Positions 35,086 to 43,960 of a DNA stretch of 64,000 nucleotides are shown here, piece after piece. A program made the position numbers and the translations under genes. The stretch spans positions 21,300 to 85,299 of the forward strand of contig CAVGRW010000001.1 in the NCBI GenBank assembly GCA_963631735.1. The letters are read 5' to 3'. Below the pieces are notes generated by a model. It saw only the letters and a program-made list of their open reading frames with translations, did not search any database and was not told where the DNA came from. How positions within the stretch are numbered: the stretch's first letter is position 1; every line of letters begins with the position of its first letter. The stretch comes from Bacteroidaceae bacterium. Its GTDB lineage: Bacteria > Bacillota > Clostridia > Oscillospirales > Acutalibacteraceae.

Positions 35086-35502
35086 TTAGTCCTCAACAAA
35101 AACAGACTCGTCCTTGTCGTCCTTCTTGTCGCCGTTGAACTTATTGACAATATCGCCGACCTTATTGACAACGTCGGGAACCATGCCGATAATTCTCTCT
35201 GCCGAGCTCTCCGAACCCTCGCAGATGTACTTAACGCTTACCTCGCCCTTATTGATAACAAGGAATGCAACGGGAGAAATCGTAACTCCTGCTCCGCCGC
35301 CGCCGCCGAAAAGCTCCTTGGTGCTCTTTGACGGGAAATCCGAACCGCCCGAAGCAAAGCCGTAAGTAACCTTTGAAATAGGAATAACCTTGATTCCGTC
35401 GCCTGCGTCGATGGGATCGCCGATGATTGTCTGGCAATCAACCATATCCTTGATCTTATCAATGGCTGTTGCAAGAATTCCTGATGCTGACTGATCTTTC
35501 AT
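35086..35502 (-). CDS. ytfJ: Sporulation protein YtfJ/GerW
   Basis: 138 aa. GDPI...VIPISKVTYGFASGG...GGGGGAGVTISPVAFLV is the GerW-family signature. Confidence 0.85.
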   Translation of the reverse strand: MKDQSASGILATAIDKIKDMVDCQTIIGDPIDAGDGIKVIPISKVTYGFASGGSDFPSKSTKELFGGGGGAGVTISPVAFLVINKGEVSVKYICEGSESSAERIIGMVPDVVNKVGDIVNKFNGDKKDDKDESVFVED

Positions 35503-35504
35503 GT

Positions 35505-36188
35505 TTAGTCCGCCTTTCTGTTTGTATTATTGTTTGATGATTTATTATTTGAAATAACAACCTTTAAAAGCTGTTTCAATAAGCTGAAAACAAGTGCAAT
35601 TCCTGCGTTTATCAACGCCCTCGGGATAATTGCGGTCTTTGTGATGAATGAAACGGTCGTTTTCTCGCCGCAGTAATCGGCAAAAACATTGACCTTGTAA
35701 TCCTTGACCTTCATATTGGAGCAAATGAAGCCGAGCGAGGAGTAAAGACCCGAGCAAACCTTGCCGTATTTTATCGCCGTTGCCGCCGCATCGTCCTCTG
35801 TGATATGAATATCAAGATGAAATTTTTTGATTATAACGGCACGCTTAATGAATTTAACGGAAAATCTTTTAAGCGCCGCAACGCAGTTGTTGAGAAGCTC
35901 GATAACTCCCGACAAGCCCTGATTATTATAGAAGGTCTTGAGAAAATTCTCTTTCTTGGGCTTCGGCTTTTCTTCCTTCTTCTCTTCGGGTTTCTCCTCT
36001 TTCTTTTCCTCCTTTGGCTTCTCTTCCTTCTTCTTTTTTTCAGGGAAGGGATAAAGGTCAAATTTCAGGAAAAGCCACGAAACCTTGCATCGAACTGCGT
36101 CGGTATATTCAAGATCAAGAACGACAGGTATGCTCAGAACTATTACAAAAAATGCGATAATTCCGAGAATTATGTATAAAGCTGTCAT
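35505..36188 (-). CDS. DUF2953-family membrane protein with a Lys/Glu-rich linker
   Basis: 227 aa. N-terminal TM, then EKKKKEEKPKEEKKEEKPEEKKEEKPKPKKE. Adjacent to ytfJ, as is typical. Confidence 0.7.
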   Translation of the reverse strand: MTALYIILGIIAFFVIVLSIPVVLDLEYTDAVRCKVSWLFLKFDLYPFPEKKKKEEKPKEEKKEEKPEEKKEEKPKPKKENFLKTFYNNQGLSGVIELLNNCVAALKRFSVKFIKRAVIIKKFHLDIHITEDDAAATAIKYGKVCSGLYSSLGFICSNMKVKDYKVNVFADYCGEKTTVSFITKTAIIPRALINAGIALVFSLLKQLLKVVISNNKSSNNNTNRKAD

Positions 36189-36205
36189 TCAATCACCTCC
36201 GTAGT

Positions 36206-36832
36206 TTATTCTTCTGCCACCTTAACAGGCTCGCCTGTGAGCATTTTATTTTCGATTATTTCGCCGTCATCAAGATTTATCTCAAGCTGACCGTTGATTT
36301 CCTCGCTCTTGGGAAGATCCTCATGCTCGGGAAGATCGGGCAAATCGTCAAGGCTTGTCACGCAGAAGCATTTTAGAAATTCGGGCGTCGTGCCGTAAAT
36401 AAGCGGTCTGCCCGGCAGCTCAAGTCTGCCTCTTTCCTCGATAAGTCCCTTTGCGATAAGAGTTCCTATAACACCCGAGCAGTCAACGCCTCTGACCTGC
36501 TCGACAAAAGACTTTGTAACAGGCTGATTATAGGCGATAACGGCAAGCACCTCGAATGCCGCCGCCGAGAGCGGAGTGTTTTTCTTTATTTCAAGTACAG
36601 CTCTTACCTTGTCTGCATATTCCTGACGGGTGCAAAGCTGATACATATCGTCCATTTTAACAAGTCTTATTCCGCTGTTTATTGACTTAAGTGCTTCATC
36701 AATACCCTTGAGAGCTTCCTCAACGGGCTCCTTTTCGCACTCAAGCGCCTGACAAATTCGCTCAATTTCAAGCGGCTCACCTGCCGCAAAGAGTATTGCC
36801 TCAACAGCGCCCTGTAATTCATTCATTATCAT
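36206..36832 (-). CDS. scpB: Segregation and condensation protein B
   Basis: The AVEAILFAAGEPL motif lies near the N-terminus. Start taken at ATG 36832, overlapping the scpA stop. The track ORF extends to 36874. Confidence 0.85.
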   Translation of the reverse strand: MIMNELQGAVEAILFAAGEPLEIERICQALECEKEPVEEALKGIDEALKSINSGIRLVKMDDMYQLCTRQEYADKVRAVLEIKKNTPLSAAAFEVLAVIAYNQPVTKSFVEQVRGVDCSGVIGTLIAKGLIEERGRLELPGRPLIYGTTPEFLKCFCVTSLDDLPDLPEHEDLPKSEEINGQLEINLDDGEIIENKMLTGEPVKVAEE

Positions 36833-37571
36833 CTGTGTAGTCGTCCTCCACGTCAAAGTTAATCTCGGAGTCAATCATTTCAACCTCAAGATCGTCGTCC
36901 GTTTGGGTCAAGGTGATTTTCTTATCCTTGGCAAGCGAAAGAATCGCAAGGAATGTCGCAACCATCTCCGAGCGTGATTCCGCTTTTTCAAAGAAAGCCA
37001 CAAAGCGTTGTCTTTTCTTCCTGAAAAGGCTGCCCATGATGTAGCTGACTCGCTCTCTTATCGGAACGATCTTGTGGGCAACGATGCCCGAAAAAGCCTC
37101 GATCGGCGGCGGAAGATTCCTTTTTCCTCTGCCGACGGCGTTGATATACGCCTTTAAAAGCTCAATAGGCTGATGCAAACGTGTATAAGTCATATCGGGA
37201 GGGAATTTCTCGGGCTTTCTTGAATATTGGTCGAAGCCGTCCGCCTGTGCGGCAAGCTTTTTTGCCATGATCTGACAATCTTGATATTCGAGCAGCTCGC
37301 CCTGAAGCTCCCTTTTCAGCTCGTCTGCCTCCTCCTCATGCACGGGAAGAAGCGAAACGGTCTTGATGTATATCAGTCTTGCCGCCATCTCGAGAAACTC
37401 GCTGGCAACCTCCATGTCCTCCTCTTTCATTTGACGAACATAGTCAAGATACTGTTCGACGAGAAGAAGAATCGGAATATCGTTTATATCAATTTTATGC
37501 TTGCTTATCAAGTGCAGGAGCAGGTCCAGCGGACCCTCAAACACATCAAGCTTATATGATATTGCTTCCAT
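36819..37571 (-). CDS. scpA: Segregation and condensation protein A (kleisin)
   Basis: 250 aa. FEGPLDLLLHLI lies at the N-terminus. Confidence 0.85.
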   Translation of the reverse strand: MEAISYKLDVFEGPLDLLLHLISKHKIDINDIPILLLVEQYLDYVRQMKEEDMEVASEFLEMAARLIYIKTVSLLPVHEEEADELKRELQGELLEYQDCQIMAKKLAAQADGFDQYSRKPEKFPPDMTYTRLHQPIELLKAYINAVGRGKRNLPPPIEAFSGIVAHKIVPIRERVSYIMGSLFRKKRQRFVAFFEKAESRSEMVATFLAILSLAKDKKITLTQTDDDLEVEMIDSEINFDVEDDYTDDNE

Positions 37572-37583
37572 GCTTTCACCTTT

Positions 37584-38264
37584 TTAAAAAATTGAATAGA
37601 AAAGCTGATTAAATGCGTTATAAATCAGATTTGAAAGATACGACAGCGGAGTTGTAAGCGCCCCCGTAAGAAGCAGAAGAAACATTGCTATCATGATATA
37701 TCTTTCGTATTTCATAATGCCGAAGTAAAATTTGTCCGGGAGAATTGCAAAAAGAATTCTCGAGCCGTCAAGCGGCGGAATGGGAATCAAATTGAACACG
37801 GCAAGGTTGATGTTTATTATTGCCGAATATTGGAAGAAAACGTTCAAGGCAAAAACCGCCGTAGTCATTTCTCCGCCTCGCTTTGAAACAGCGAGGAGAA
37901 AAACATATCTCACAAGCACCGAAAGGAAGCCGAAAATCAAATTTGAAAGCGGTCCTGCAAGCGCAATAAGAGCCATTGCAAGCTTTTTATTTTTCAGCTT
38001 GGTGTTCCGCACATTTACGGGAACAGGCTTTGCATAGCCAAAACCGACAAGCAAAATCATCACAGCGCCCCACATATCAATGTGCGCCATGGGATTGAGT
38101 GTCAGTCTGCCGCTGAGTCTCGCCGTTTGGTCGCCGAGCTTTGTCGCAACAAACGCATGGGCATATTCATGTATCGGCATCAGGCAGAAAACAACAAATG
38201 CACTTACGCAAACACCCATAAATATCGACAGCGCATCGCCGCCCCTAATTAAACTAAGTAACAT
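37584..38264 (-). CDS. Site-2 protease family (M50) membrane metalloprotease
   Basis: 226 aa. Has the HEYAHAF motif, NLIPIPPLDGS, and multiple TM segments. Confidence 0.8.
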   Translation of the reverse strand: MLLSLIRGGDALSIFMGVCVSAFVVFCLMPIHEYAHAFVATKLGDQTARLSGRLTLNPMAHIDMWGAVMILLVGFGYAKPVPVNVRNTKLKNKKLAMALIALAGPLSNLIFGFLSVLVRYVFLLAVSKRGGEMTTAVFALNVFFQYSAIININLAVFNLIPIPPLDGSRILFAILPDKFYFGIMKYERYIMIAMFLLLLTGALTTPLSYLSNLIYNAFNQLFYSIF

Positions 38265-38282
38265 AATAAATTATTCTCCAAT

Positions 38283-39122
38283 TTATATAGTAGCAATTAC
38301 ACCTCGCGGCAAGCCGCTGTAGTCTTTGTATGCTTTAGCTTCCGAAGCATAATCGGAAAACAAATCGCAGATATATTCCGTCTGATCCTCGGCACATTCA
38401 ACGGCAATCGCTCCGCCTTTTTTGAGTCGGTGCATCCAATCATCGAAGAGAACACGGTAAAAATCATAACCGTCCTCGCCGCCGTCGAGTGCCATGGTCG
38501 GCTCTCTTTTGACCTCTTTCTGCAAGCCGTCAATTTCATCCGAGCGGATATAAGGAGGATTGGAAAGAATCAAATCTGGAGCAAGCCCCGAGAGTAATTT
38601 TTTATCGAAGATATCACCTTTAACAGCCTTAACGTTATTCACGCCGTTGAGCTTGATATTTTCCTCTAAGAATTTATAGGCAATATCCGATTTTTCAACG
38701 GCATAAACCGTTGAATTCGGGCAAAGCTTTGCAACGCTTATCGCAATGCAGCCGCTGCCCGAGCAAAGGTCAAAAACAACGGGATTTTTCTTTTCTTCGA
38801 GAAAATCAATCGCAAATTCAACGAGCAATTCCGTCTCCGGACGAGGTATCAAGACACCTTTTCCGACCTTAAACGTCAAGCCCATGAACTCCCATTCGCC
38901 GAGAAGATACTGAAGCGGTTCGCCGTTCATGCGTCGGTTTATAGTTTTAAAAAAAACATCTTCCCTTGCTTTGTCTATTGTTTCCGAACCGTTCAATCTC
39001 AAATAGAACGAATCGCAATCAAGAGCACGCTCAGCCAAGCACCTTGTATCAAATTCCGCATCGTCAATTCCTGCTGATTTTAATTTTTCCGCACCCGTTC
39101 TCAAAAGCTCACTGACCGTCAT
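38283..39122 (-). CDS. prmC: Release factor glutamine N5-methyltransferase
   Basis: 279 aa. Has the DLCSGSGCI SAM motif and the NPPY catalytic motif. Confidence 0.85.
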   Translation of the reverse strand: MTVSELLRTGAEKLKSAGIDDAEFDTRCLAERALDCDSFYLRLNGSETIDKAREDVFFKTINRRMNGEPLQYLLGEWEFMGLTFKVGKGVLIPRPETELLVEFAIDFLEEKKNPVVFDLCSGSGCIAISVAKLCPNSTVYAVEKSDIAYKFLEENIKLNGVNNVKAVKGDIFDKKLLSGLAPDLILSNPPYIRSDEIDGLQKEVKREPTMALDGGEDGYDFYRVLFDDWMHRLKKGGAIAVECAEDQTEYICDLFSDYASEAKAYKDYSGLPRGVIATI

Positions 39123-40128
39123 TTTCGTCCTCGTCAGTGCTTTCTTCCTTCTCAGGCTCGATCGGTTCGTTAATGTTCTCCTTCTCCCAGCCGAGAGAAA
39201 CCTTCAATGAAGCGATGCCGACTTCAATAATATCATCGGTCGGTTCTTTTGTCGTAATTCTCTGCATCCAAAGTCCGGGGGCGGAAATTATCTTAGTAAA
39301 AAGGTTGTTTTTCTTGCCCGCAAGTCTGATTGCTTCATATCCGATACTCATTATTATCGGCAGGATGAGTATTTTAATAATCATCCAAAGCGCCTTGTAA
39401 TCACGCACACCCGGGAAAATCATAACAACGATCGTCGAAACAAGTATGCTGATAATAAGCGTGAGGAAGATAAAGCTTGTGCCGCATCTCGGATGGAAGC
39501 GACGCTGTTTTCTGACGTTTTCAACGGTCAGATCAAGTCCGTTTTCGTAGCAGAAAATCGACTTATGCTCCGCTCCGTGATACATGAACAGGCGTTTTAT
39601 ATCGCCCATCAGCGAGACTGCCCACATATATGTGATAAAAATTATGATTCTCATTACGCCCTCAATTGCAGGCTTCCAAACGTTGCTGTCTGCATTGTGA
39701 AGAATGAGGTCGGCAACCTGGCTCGGCAGCCACATAAAGAGGAAAAATGCAAGTGCAAAACCGATAACACCCGAAATAATTCCGATAACCGTCATCATCT
39801 TGGGTCCGAAATGGTCTGTCAGCCAGCGGTCAAGTTTCGACATCTCCTCCGTGCCGTCGTCCTCGATAGCCGTCGTTTTCTCGGCAGACTCCATAAGACA
39901 TTTATAGCCGAATATCATCTGCTCAACGAAGCTGATCGGACCTCTTATAAACGGAATTCTTGCGAATTTATATTTATCTTTTAAGAAGTGAGCTTCTTTT
40001 AGCTGTGTTTCAATTCTGCCGTCGGGCAGTCTGAGCGCCATTGCGACGCCCTTGGGGCCGTTCATCATAACGCCCTCCATGAGAGCCTGTCCGCCGACGC
40101 TTACTTTATTTTCTTCAGGCATCTTCAT
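39109..40128 (-). CDS. DUF1385-family membrane protein
   Basis: 339 aa. GGQALMEGVMM lies at the N-terminus, with a HGAEHK motif. Has the typical prmC neighbourhood. Confidence 0.8.
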   Translation of the reverse strand: MKMPEENKVSVGGQALMEGVMMNGPKGVAMALRLPDGRIETQLKEAHFLKDKYKFARIPFIRGPISFVEQMIFGYKCLMESAEKTTAIEDDGTEEMSKLDRWLTDHFGPKMMTVIGIISGVIGFALAFFLFMWLPSQVADLILHNADSNVWKPAIEGVMRIIIFITYMWAVSLMGDIKRLFMYHGAEHKSIFCYENGLDLTVENVRKQRRFHPRCGTSFIFLTLIISILVSTIVVMIFPGVRDYKALWMIIKILILPIIMSIGYEAIRLAGKKNNLFTKIISAPGLWMQRITTKEPTDDIIEVGIASLKVSLGWEKENINEPIEPEKEESTDEDENDGQ

Positions 40129-41644
40129 TTTCCTCCATTGCCTTTTTCTCGTTTTCTGCGGCTATTGCCGCATCAATATCCCATACATCCTCGAGCTCAA
40201 CATGGTCAATATCGAAGCTGATGATGACGGTCGTTCCCTGACCGAGAACGCTGTCGATATCAAATGTTCCGTGGTGAAGCCGAACTATCTCGTCAACGAC
40301 GGCAAGTCCGATGCCCGAGCCGTGAACAGTCATGTTTGTCTTATAAAATTTCTCCTTAACGTGAGGAAGATCCTCAGCGGAAATTCCGCAGCCCGTATCG
40401 GAAATAACTATCGTAATTTTATCGTCCTTAATTTCAGTCGAAACAACGATTTTTCCGCCCTGCTTTGTGTATTTCAAGGCATTGTCAAGAATATTTACGA
40501 AAACCTGCTTGATTCTGTCGGGGTCGCCGTTCATGGGAGCAGGCAAATTCGGCGCATTGTATATAAGATCAATGCCCTCTCGCATAGCCCTGTCCTTGAA
40601 CGCAAAAACCGTTTCATCGAGCTCAGCAAGAATATCCATTTTTTCGTTTTTGAGCACCATTCTGCCGCTCTGTATTCTCGAAAAATCAAGAAGCTCCTCA
40701 ACGATTCCGTTAAGTCTTGAGGATTCACTGATAATAACATTCATGCCTCTTTTTGTAAGATTTGGGTCGGTATCGCCTATCTGTAAAAGCGTTTCGCCCC
40801 AACCCTTTATAGCAGTCAGCGGAGTTCTCAGCTCATGTGAAACTGTCGAAATGAAATCGTTTTTGATTTTGTCCGAGGTCTTGATTTTCTCCGCCATGTC
40901 ATTGATGGTGTTGCAGAGCTGTCCGATCTCGTCTTTATATAAATAATGGTCGATTCGTGCGTCGTAGTTGCCGTCGGCAATCATCTTAGCCGTGTCGCAA
41001 ACCTCCTGAATCGGTCTGACGATCGAGCTGATAAAGACAGTTCCCGAGATAACGAGCAAAATAACAAGCAAAAGGAAAACAAGCGATATTATGAAATACC
41101 ACGTTCTGATCTGATCGTCAATTTCAACAAGAGAGATCATGTATCTTACGGAACCGACCTGTTTGTTTTCTGCGTCTGTAATAATTTTTGTAAGTGCGAT
41201 TATTTTTTCACCCGATGAATTCTCCCCATGCCATACGGCGATTTTATTGCTGTTGGTCATAGCGTCCTCATACTCGGGAATTTTCGTCTTGCTGTTAACA
41301 GGGAATCCGCTCGAAGAAATGAACACACTGCCGTATTTATCGAGCACCCAAACCTCAACGGAGGATTTATCGGTAAAATCGCTGATGTATTCACGGGCAC
41401 CCTTTTCAAAAACAACATCATCGGTAGTGGCATAGTTTTCAAAATAAATATCCACAATTCCGTTTGCGTATGATTCTATTTTTCTTTCGGCGGTCGCATA
41501 GTAATAAGAATGAATAAAATATGCTGCGGCAATACAGATGATAAGCAAAACAGCAACAATTATGGTCGAGGTCTGGAAAAGCCAGCGCTTTGTCAAGCCG
41601 CCCTTGAAATTTACCTTGCCGTTTTTTATCTTCATCCGTATCAC
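40115..41644 (-). CDS. Sensor histidine kinase, WalK/VicK-like (extracytoplasmic domain-HAMP-HisKA-HATPase, no cytoplasmic PAS)
   Basis: 509 aa. Two TMs flank a loop of about 150 aa. A HAMP domain is followed by the SHELRTPLTAIKGWGETL H-box and N/G boxes. Confidence 0.85.
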   Translation of the reverse strand: MIRMKIKNGKVNFKGGLTKRWLFQTSTIIVAVLLIICIAAAYFIHSYYYATAERKIESYANGIVDIYFENYATTDDVVFEKGAREYISDFTDKSSVEVWVLDKYGSVFISSSGFPVNSKTKIPEYEDAMTNSNKIAVWHGENSSGEKIIALTKIITDAENKQVGSVRYMISLVEIDDQIRTWYFIISLVFLLLVILLVISGTVFISSIVRPIQEVCDTAKMIADGNYDARIDHYLYKDEIGQLCNTINDMAEKIKTSDKIKNDFISTVSHELRTPLTAIKGWGETLLQIGDTDPNLTKRGMNVIISESSRLNGIVEELLDFSRIQSGRMVLKNEKMDILAELDETVFAFKDRAMREGIDLIYNAPNLPAPMNGDPDRIKQVFVNILDNALKYTKQGGKIVVSTEIKDDKITIVISDTGCGISAEDLPHVKEKFYKTNMTVHGSGIGLAVVDEIVRLHHGTFDIDSVLGQGTTVIISFDIDHVELEDVWDIDAAIAAENEKKAMEENEDA

Positions 41645-41671
41645 CTCTTTTCAAAATTTATGTATCAATTA

Positions 41672-42379
41672 TCAGATCCAAACGTAGCCGAAGCCCCAGC
41701 GGGTAAGCAAATGCTTCGGGTTTGACGGATCGGGTTCGATCTTCTTTCTGATTCGTCTTATGTTAACGTCAACGATTTTTTCGTCTCCGAAATATTCTGT
41801 GCCCCAAACATGATTGAGAATATCCGTTCTGCTGAGATTTGTTCCCTGATTGCGGAAGAAATATTCAAGAATCTGAAATTCAACCTGTGTAACATCAATT
41901 TTCTTGCCGTCACAGGTAAGTGTGCGGCTCTTGCAGTCAAGCTTGAATTCTCCCGAGGAAATGATGTTTTCGTCGTCGGTCTCCTGCTTGCTCTTTGATG
42001 AGGACGAAACACGTCTTGCCAGCGCATCAACTCTCGCCGTAAATTCCGACGGAGAGAACGGCTTTGTGACATAATCATCGGCACCGAGAAGCAGTCCGTT
42101 TACCTTGTCCATTTCCTGCGTTTTTGCAGTAAGCATCATAATTCCGATATTATTGCTCAATGCTCTGAGCTTCTTGCAAAGCTCAAGTCCGTCCATTCTC
42201 GGCATCATAATGTCAAGCACGGCGATTGAAATCTCATCGGGTTCAAGCTTGTATTTTTCGTAAGCATCAAGTCCGTCAAATGCTTCGACAACATCGTAGC
42301 CTGCTCTTTTAAGGTTGATAACGATAAATTCTCTTATCGTTTCCTCATCCTCGGCAACAAGGATCTTTATAGGTTTCAT
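41672..42379 (-). CDS. OmpR/PhoB-family response regulator
   Basis: 235 aa. Has the receiver Asp (LDIMMP), the KP motif and a C-terminal winged helix (TRWGFGYVW). Confidence 0.9.
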   Translation of the reverse strand: MKPIKILVAEDEETIREFIVINLKRAGYDVVEAFDGLDAYEKYKLEPDEISIAVLDIMMPRMDGLELCKKLRALSNNIGIMMLTAKTQEMDKVNGLLLGADDYVTKPFSPSEFTARVDALARRVSSSSKSKQETDDENIISSGEFKLDCKSRTLTCDGKKIDVTQVEFQILEYFFRNQGTNLSRTDILNHVWGTEYFGDEKIVDVNIRRIRKKIEPDPSNPKHLLTRWGFGYVWI

Positions 42380-43785
42380 TTTTTTCCTCCTAAAATCGTT
42401 GTGTTGAAATTATCCGTTAGACTCTCGTCCTTAACCCCAAAATCTGTGCCGTCCTGCGTTATCGTATAAACATAGGTCGTACTGCCGTAAGAGGTAAGAA
42501 GCTTCGAGTTTTTGTATTTTGTTTTAGCCTGTTCATCGTTTTTGTCATAGTAATAAATGCTGAACAGAAGGTTTCCGAGCTTATCTTCGGAGCTGTCCCA
42601 ATGATAAAAATCCCATTGACCATCATTTCCGAGAACGGTTATTCTTCCTACCCAGCTGCTCGGGATATTAAGAATATATCCGCCGTATTCGTCAACAACG
42701 GAATACTGGACCGCTCTGAGCTTATCGTTGCGGAATTTAACCCACTTTGTGTAATAGAGACTCTTTGTGGGAACATCGCTTTTCTCGTTTGAAGCGCTGA
42801 GAAGCATGGCATTAGAGCTGTTGTCAACGATCGACGAACCGGGCATATCCACGCTGACGGGAATTTCGATAAATCCGTCCGAGTCAATGTCCTGAACCGA
42901 AAGTCTGAGATGACGAAGTGTTTGAGAGGTCATCTGAGTAGAAACATCGAACAGCGGAGCGACAAGCGAGTTGGTTTCGTCGTCCCAATAAATAACCTCC
43001 GTTATCATGTCATTATCGCCCTTGAAGGCTTCAACATAAATAAGGCGTAAATCGTCAACCTTTTCGACCTTGATGTTTGAATATGAGGAAATATTTCCGT
43101 CGGTCTTAACCGAGCTGAGCGCCAGAAGCGACGAGGTTTTGGCATCAAATGTATATGCCGTTGCGGATGATGTGTAATGATCCGTGACTGTCGAATCAAC
43201 ATTCATGGTGAAAACATCATCAAAGCCGTCGCCGTTGACATCAATAATATCAAGATAAGAATACGGGAACGATGATATAAGCTTTAAATCGCCTGCGGAA
43301 ATATCATAAACCGCAAAAGCCTTGTTCGTCTTGCTCGAAAAAAGATTCCAGCCGATAATAATTTCGGATTTTCCGTCATGGTTCAGATCCGCAAGCTTGA
43401 CCTCATCAACGGAGCTTCCCAAGCCGTCATAGGAATTTACAGGAACAAAATTGCCGTCCTTGAACTCAAAATAATACATCTTAACAAGGTCGGGATTTTT
43501 CTTTTCGGAGTAGAAAACTATCGCTTCCTCGTCCTTGTCCATATCAAAATCATTTACGATAAAGGCAGAACGGTAAAGTCCGTTTTCGGGAGTCGAAAGG
43601 CTGTAATCCTTATCGACAAGCTTTTCAAATGAGTCCTGCAAGCTCTGATATTCGCCCGAAAGCTTCGGCGGACGAAGCAAATTATCAAAGGAGGAAAATC
43701 TGAATGAACAGCCGCTGAGAGAAACGGAAACTGCAATAACTATCGCAAGAGCCATAAAACGTTTCAGCTGCTTCATCAAAATCAC
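42376..43785 (-). CDS. Lipoprotein with FG-GAP/VCBS-like calcium-binding repeats
   Basis: 469 aa. Lipobox LSGCS. Four Asp-rich loops: DFDMDKDEE, DLNHDGKSE, DVNGDGFDD and DIDSDGFIE. Overlaps the RR start by 4 nt. Confidence 0.7.
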   Translation of the reverse strand: MILMKQLKRFMALAIVIAVSVSLSGCSFRFSSFDNLLRPPKLSGEYQSLQDSFEKLVDKDYSLSTPENGLYRSAFIVNDFDMDKDEEAIVFYSEKKNPDLVKMYYFEFKDGNFVPVNSYDGLGSSVDEVKLADLNHDGKSEIIIGWNLFSSKTNKAFAVYDISAGDLKLISSFPYSYLDIIDVNGDGFDDVFTMNVDSTVTDHYTSSATAYTFDAKTSSLLALSSVKTDGNISSYSNIKVEKVDDLRLIYVEAFKGDNDMITEVIYWDDETNSLVAPLFDVSTQMTSQTLRHLRLSVQDIDSDGFIEIPVSVDMPGSSIVDNSSNAMLLSASNEKSDVPTKSLYYTKWVKFRNDKLRAVQYSVVDEYGGYILNIPSSWVGRITVLGNDGQWDFYHWDSSEDKLGNLLFSIYYYDKNDEQAKTKYKNSKLLTSYGSTTYVYTITQDGTDFGVKDESLTDNFNTTILGGKK

Positions 43786-43838
43786 TCCTTTCTTTCTATC
43801 AAAACCGTTTAAAATATACCCATTCTAACAGTCATTAC

Positions 43839-43868
43839 ATTATAGCACACCGCATGTCACTTTTACAA
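43839..43868 (-). promoter_or_regulatory. Candidate sigmaA promoter for the lipoprotein-RR-HK unit
   Basis: The minus strand reads TTGTAA, an 18-nt spacer, then TGcTATAAT (extended -10). Confidence 0.35.
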
Positions 43869-43913
43869 CAGTAAAAGCAAAATTTTCATATTTTTTTAAC
43901 ACAAATTCCGTAA

Positions 43914-43953
43914 ACAAAAACCGACCGAACAACATAAATGTCATTCAGTCGGT
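43914..43953 (-). terminator. Terminator after cdaR
   Basis: The minus strand reads ACCGACTGAA, a 14-nt loop, then TTCGGTCGGT (10 bp with one G-U pair). It is followed by TTTTTGTTT. Confidence 0.5.
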
Positions 43954-43960
43954 CAAATGT

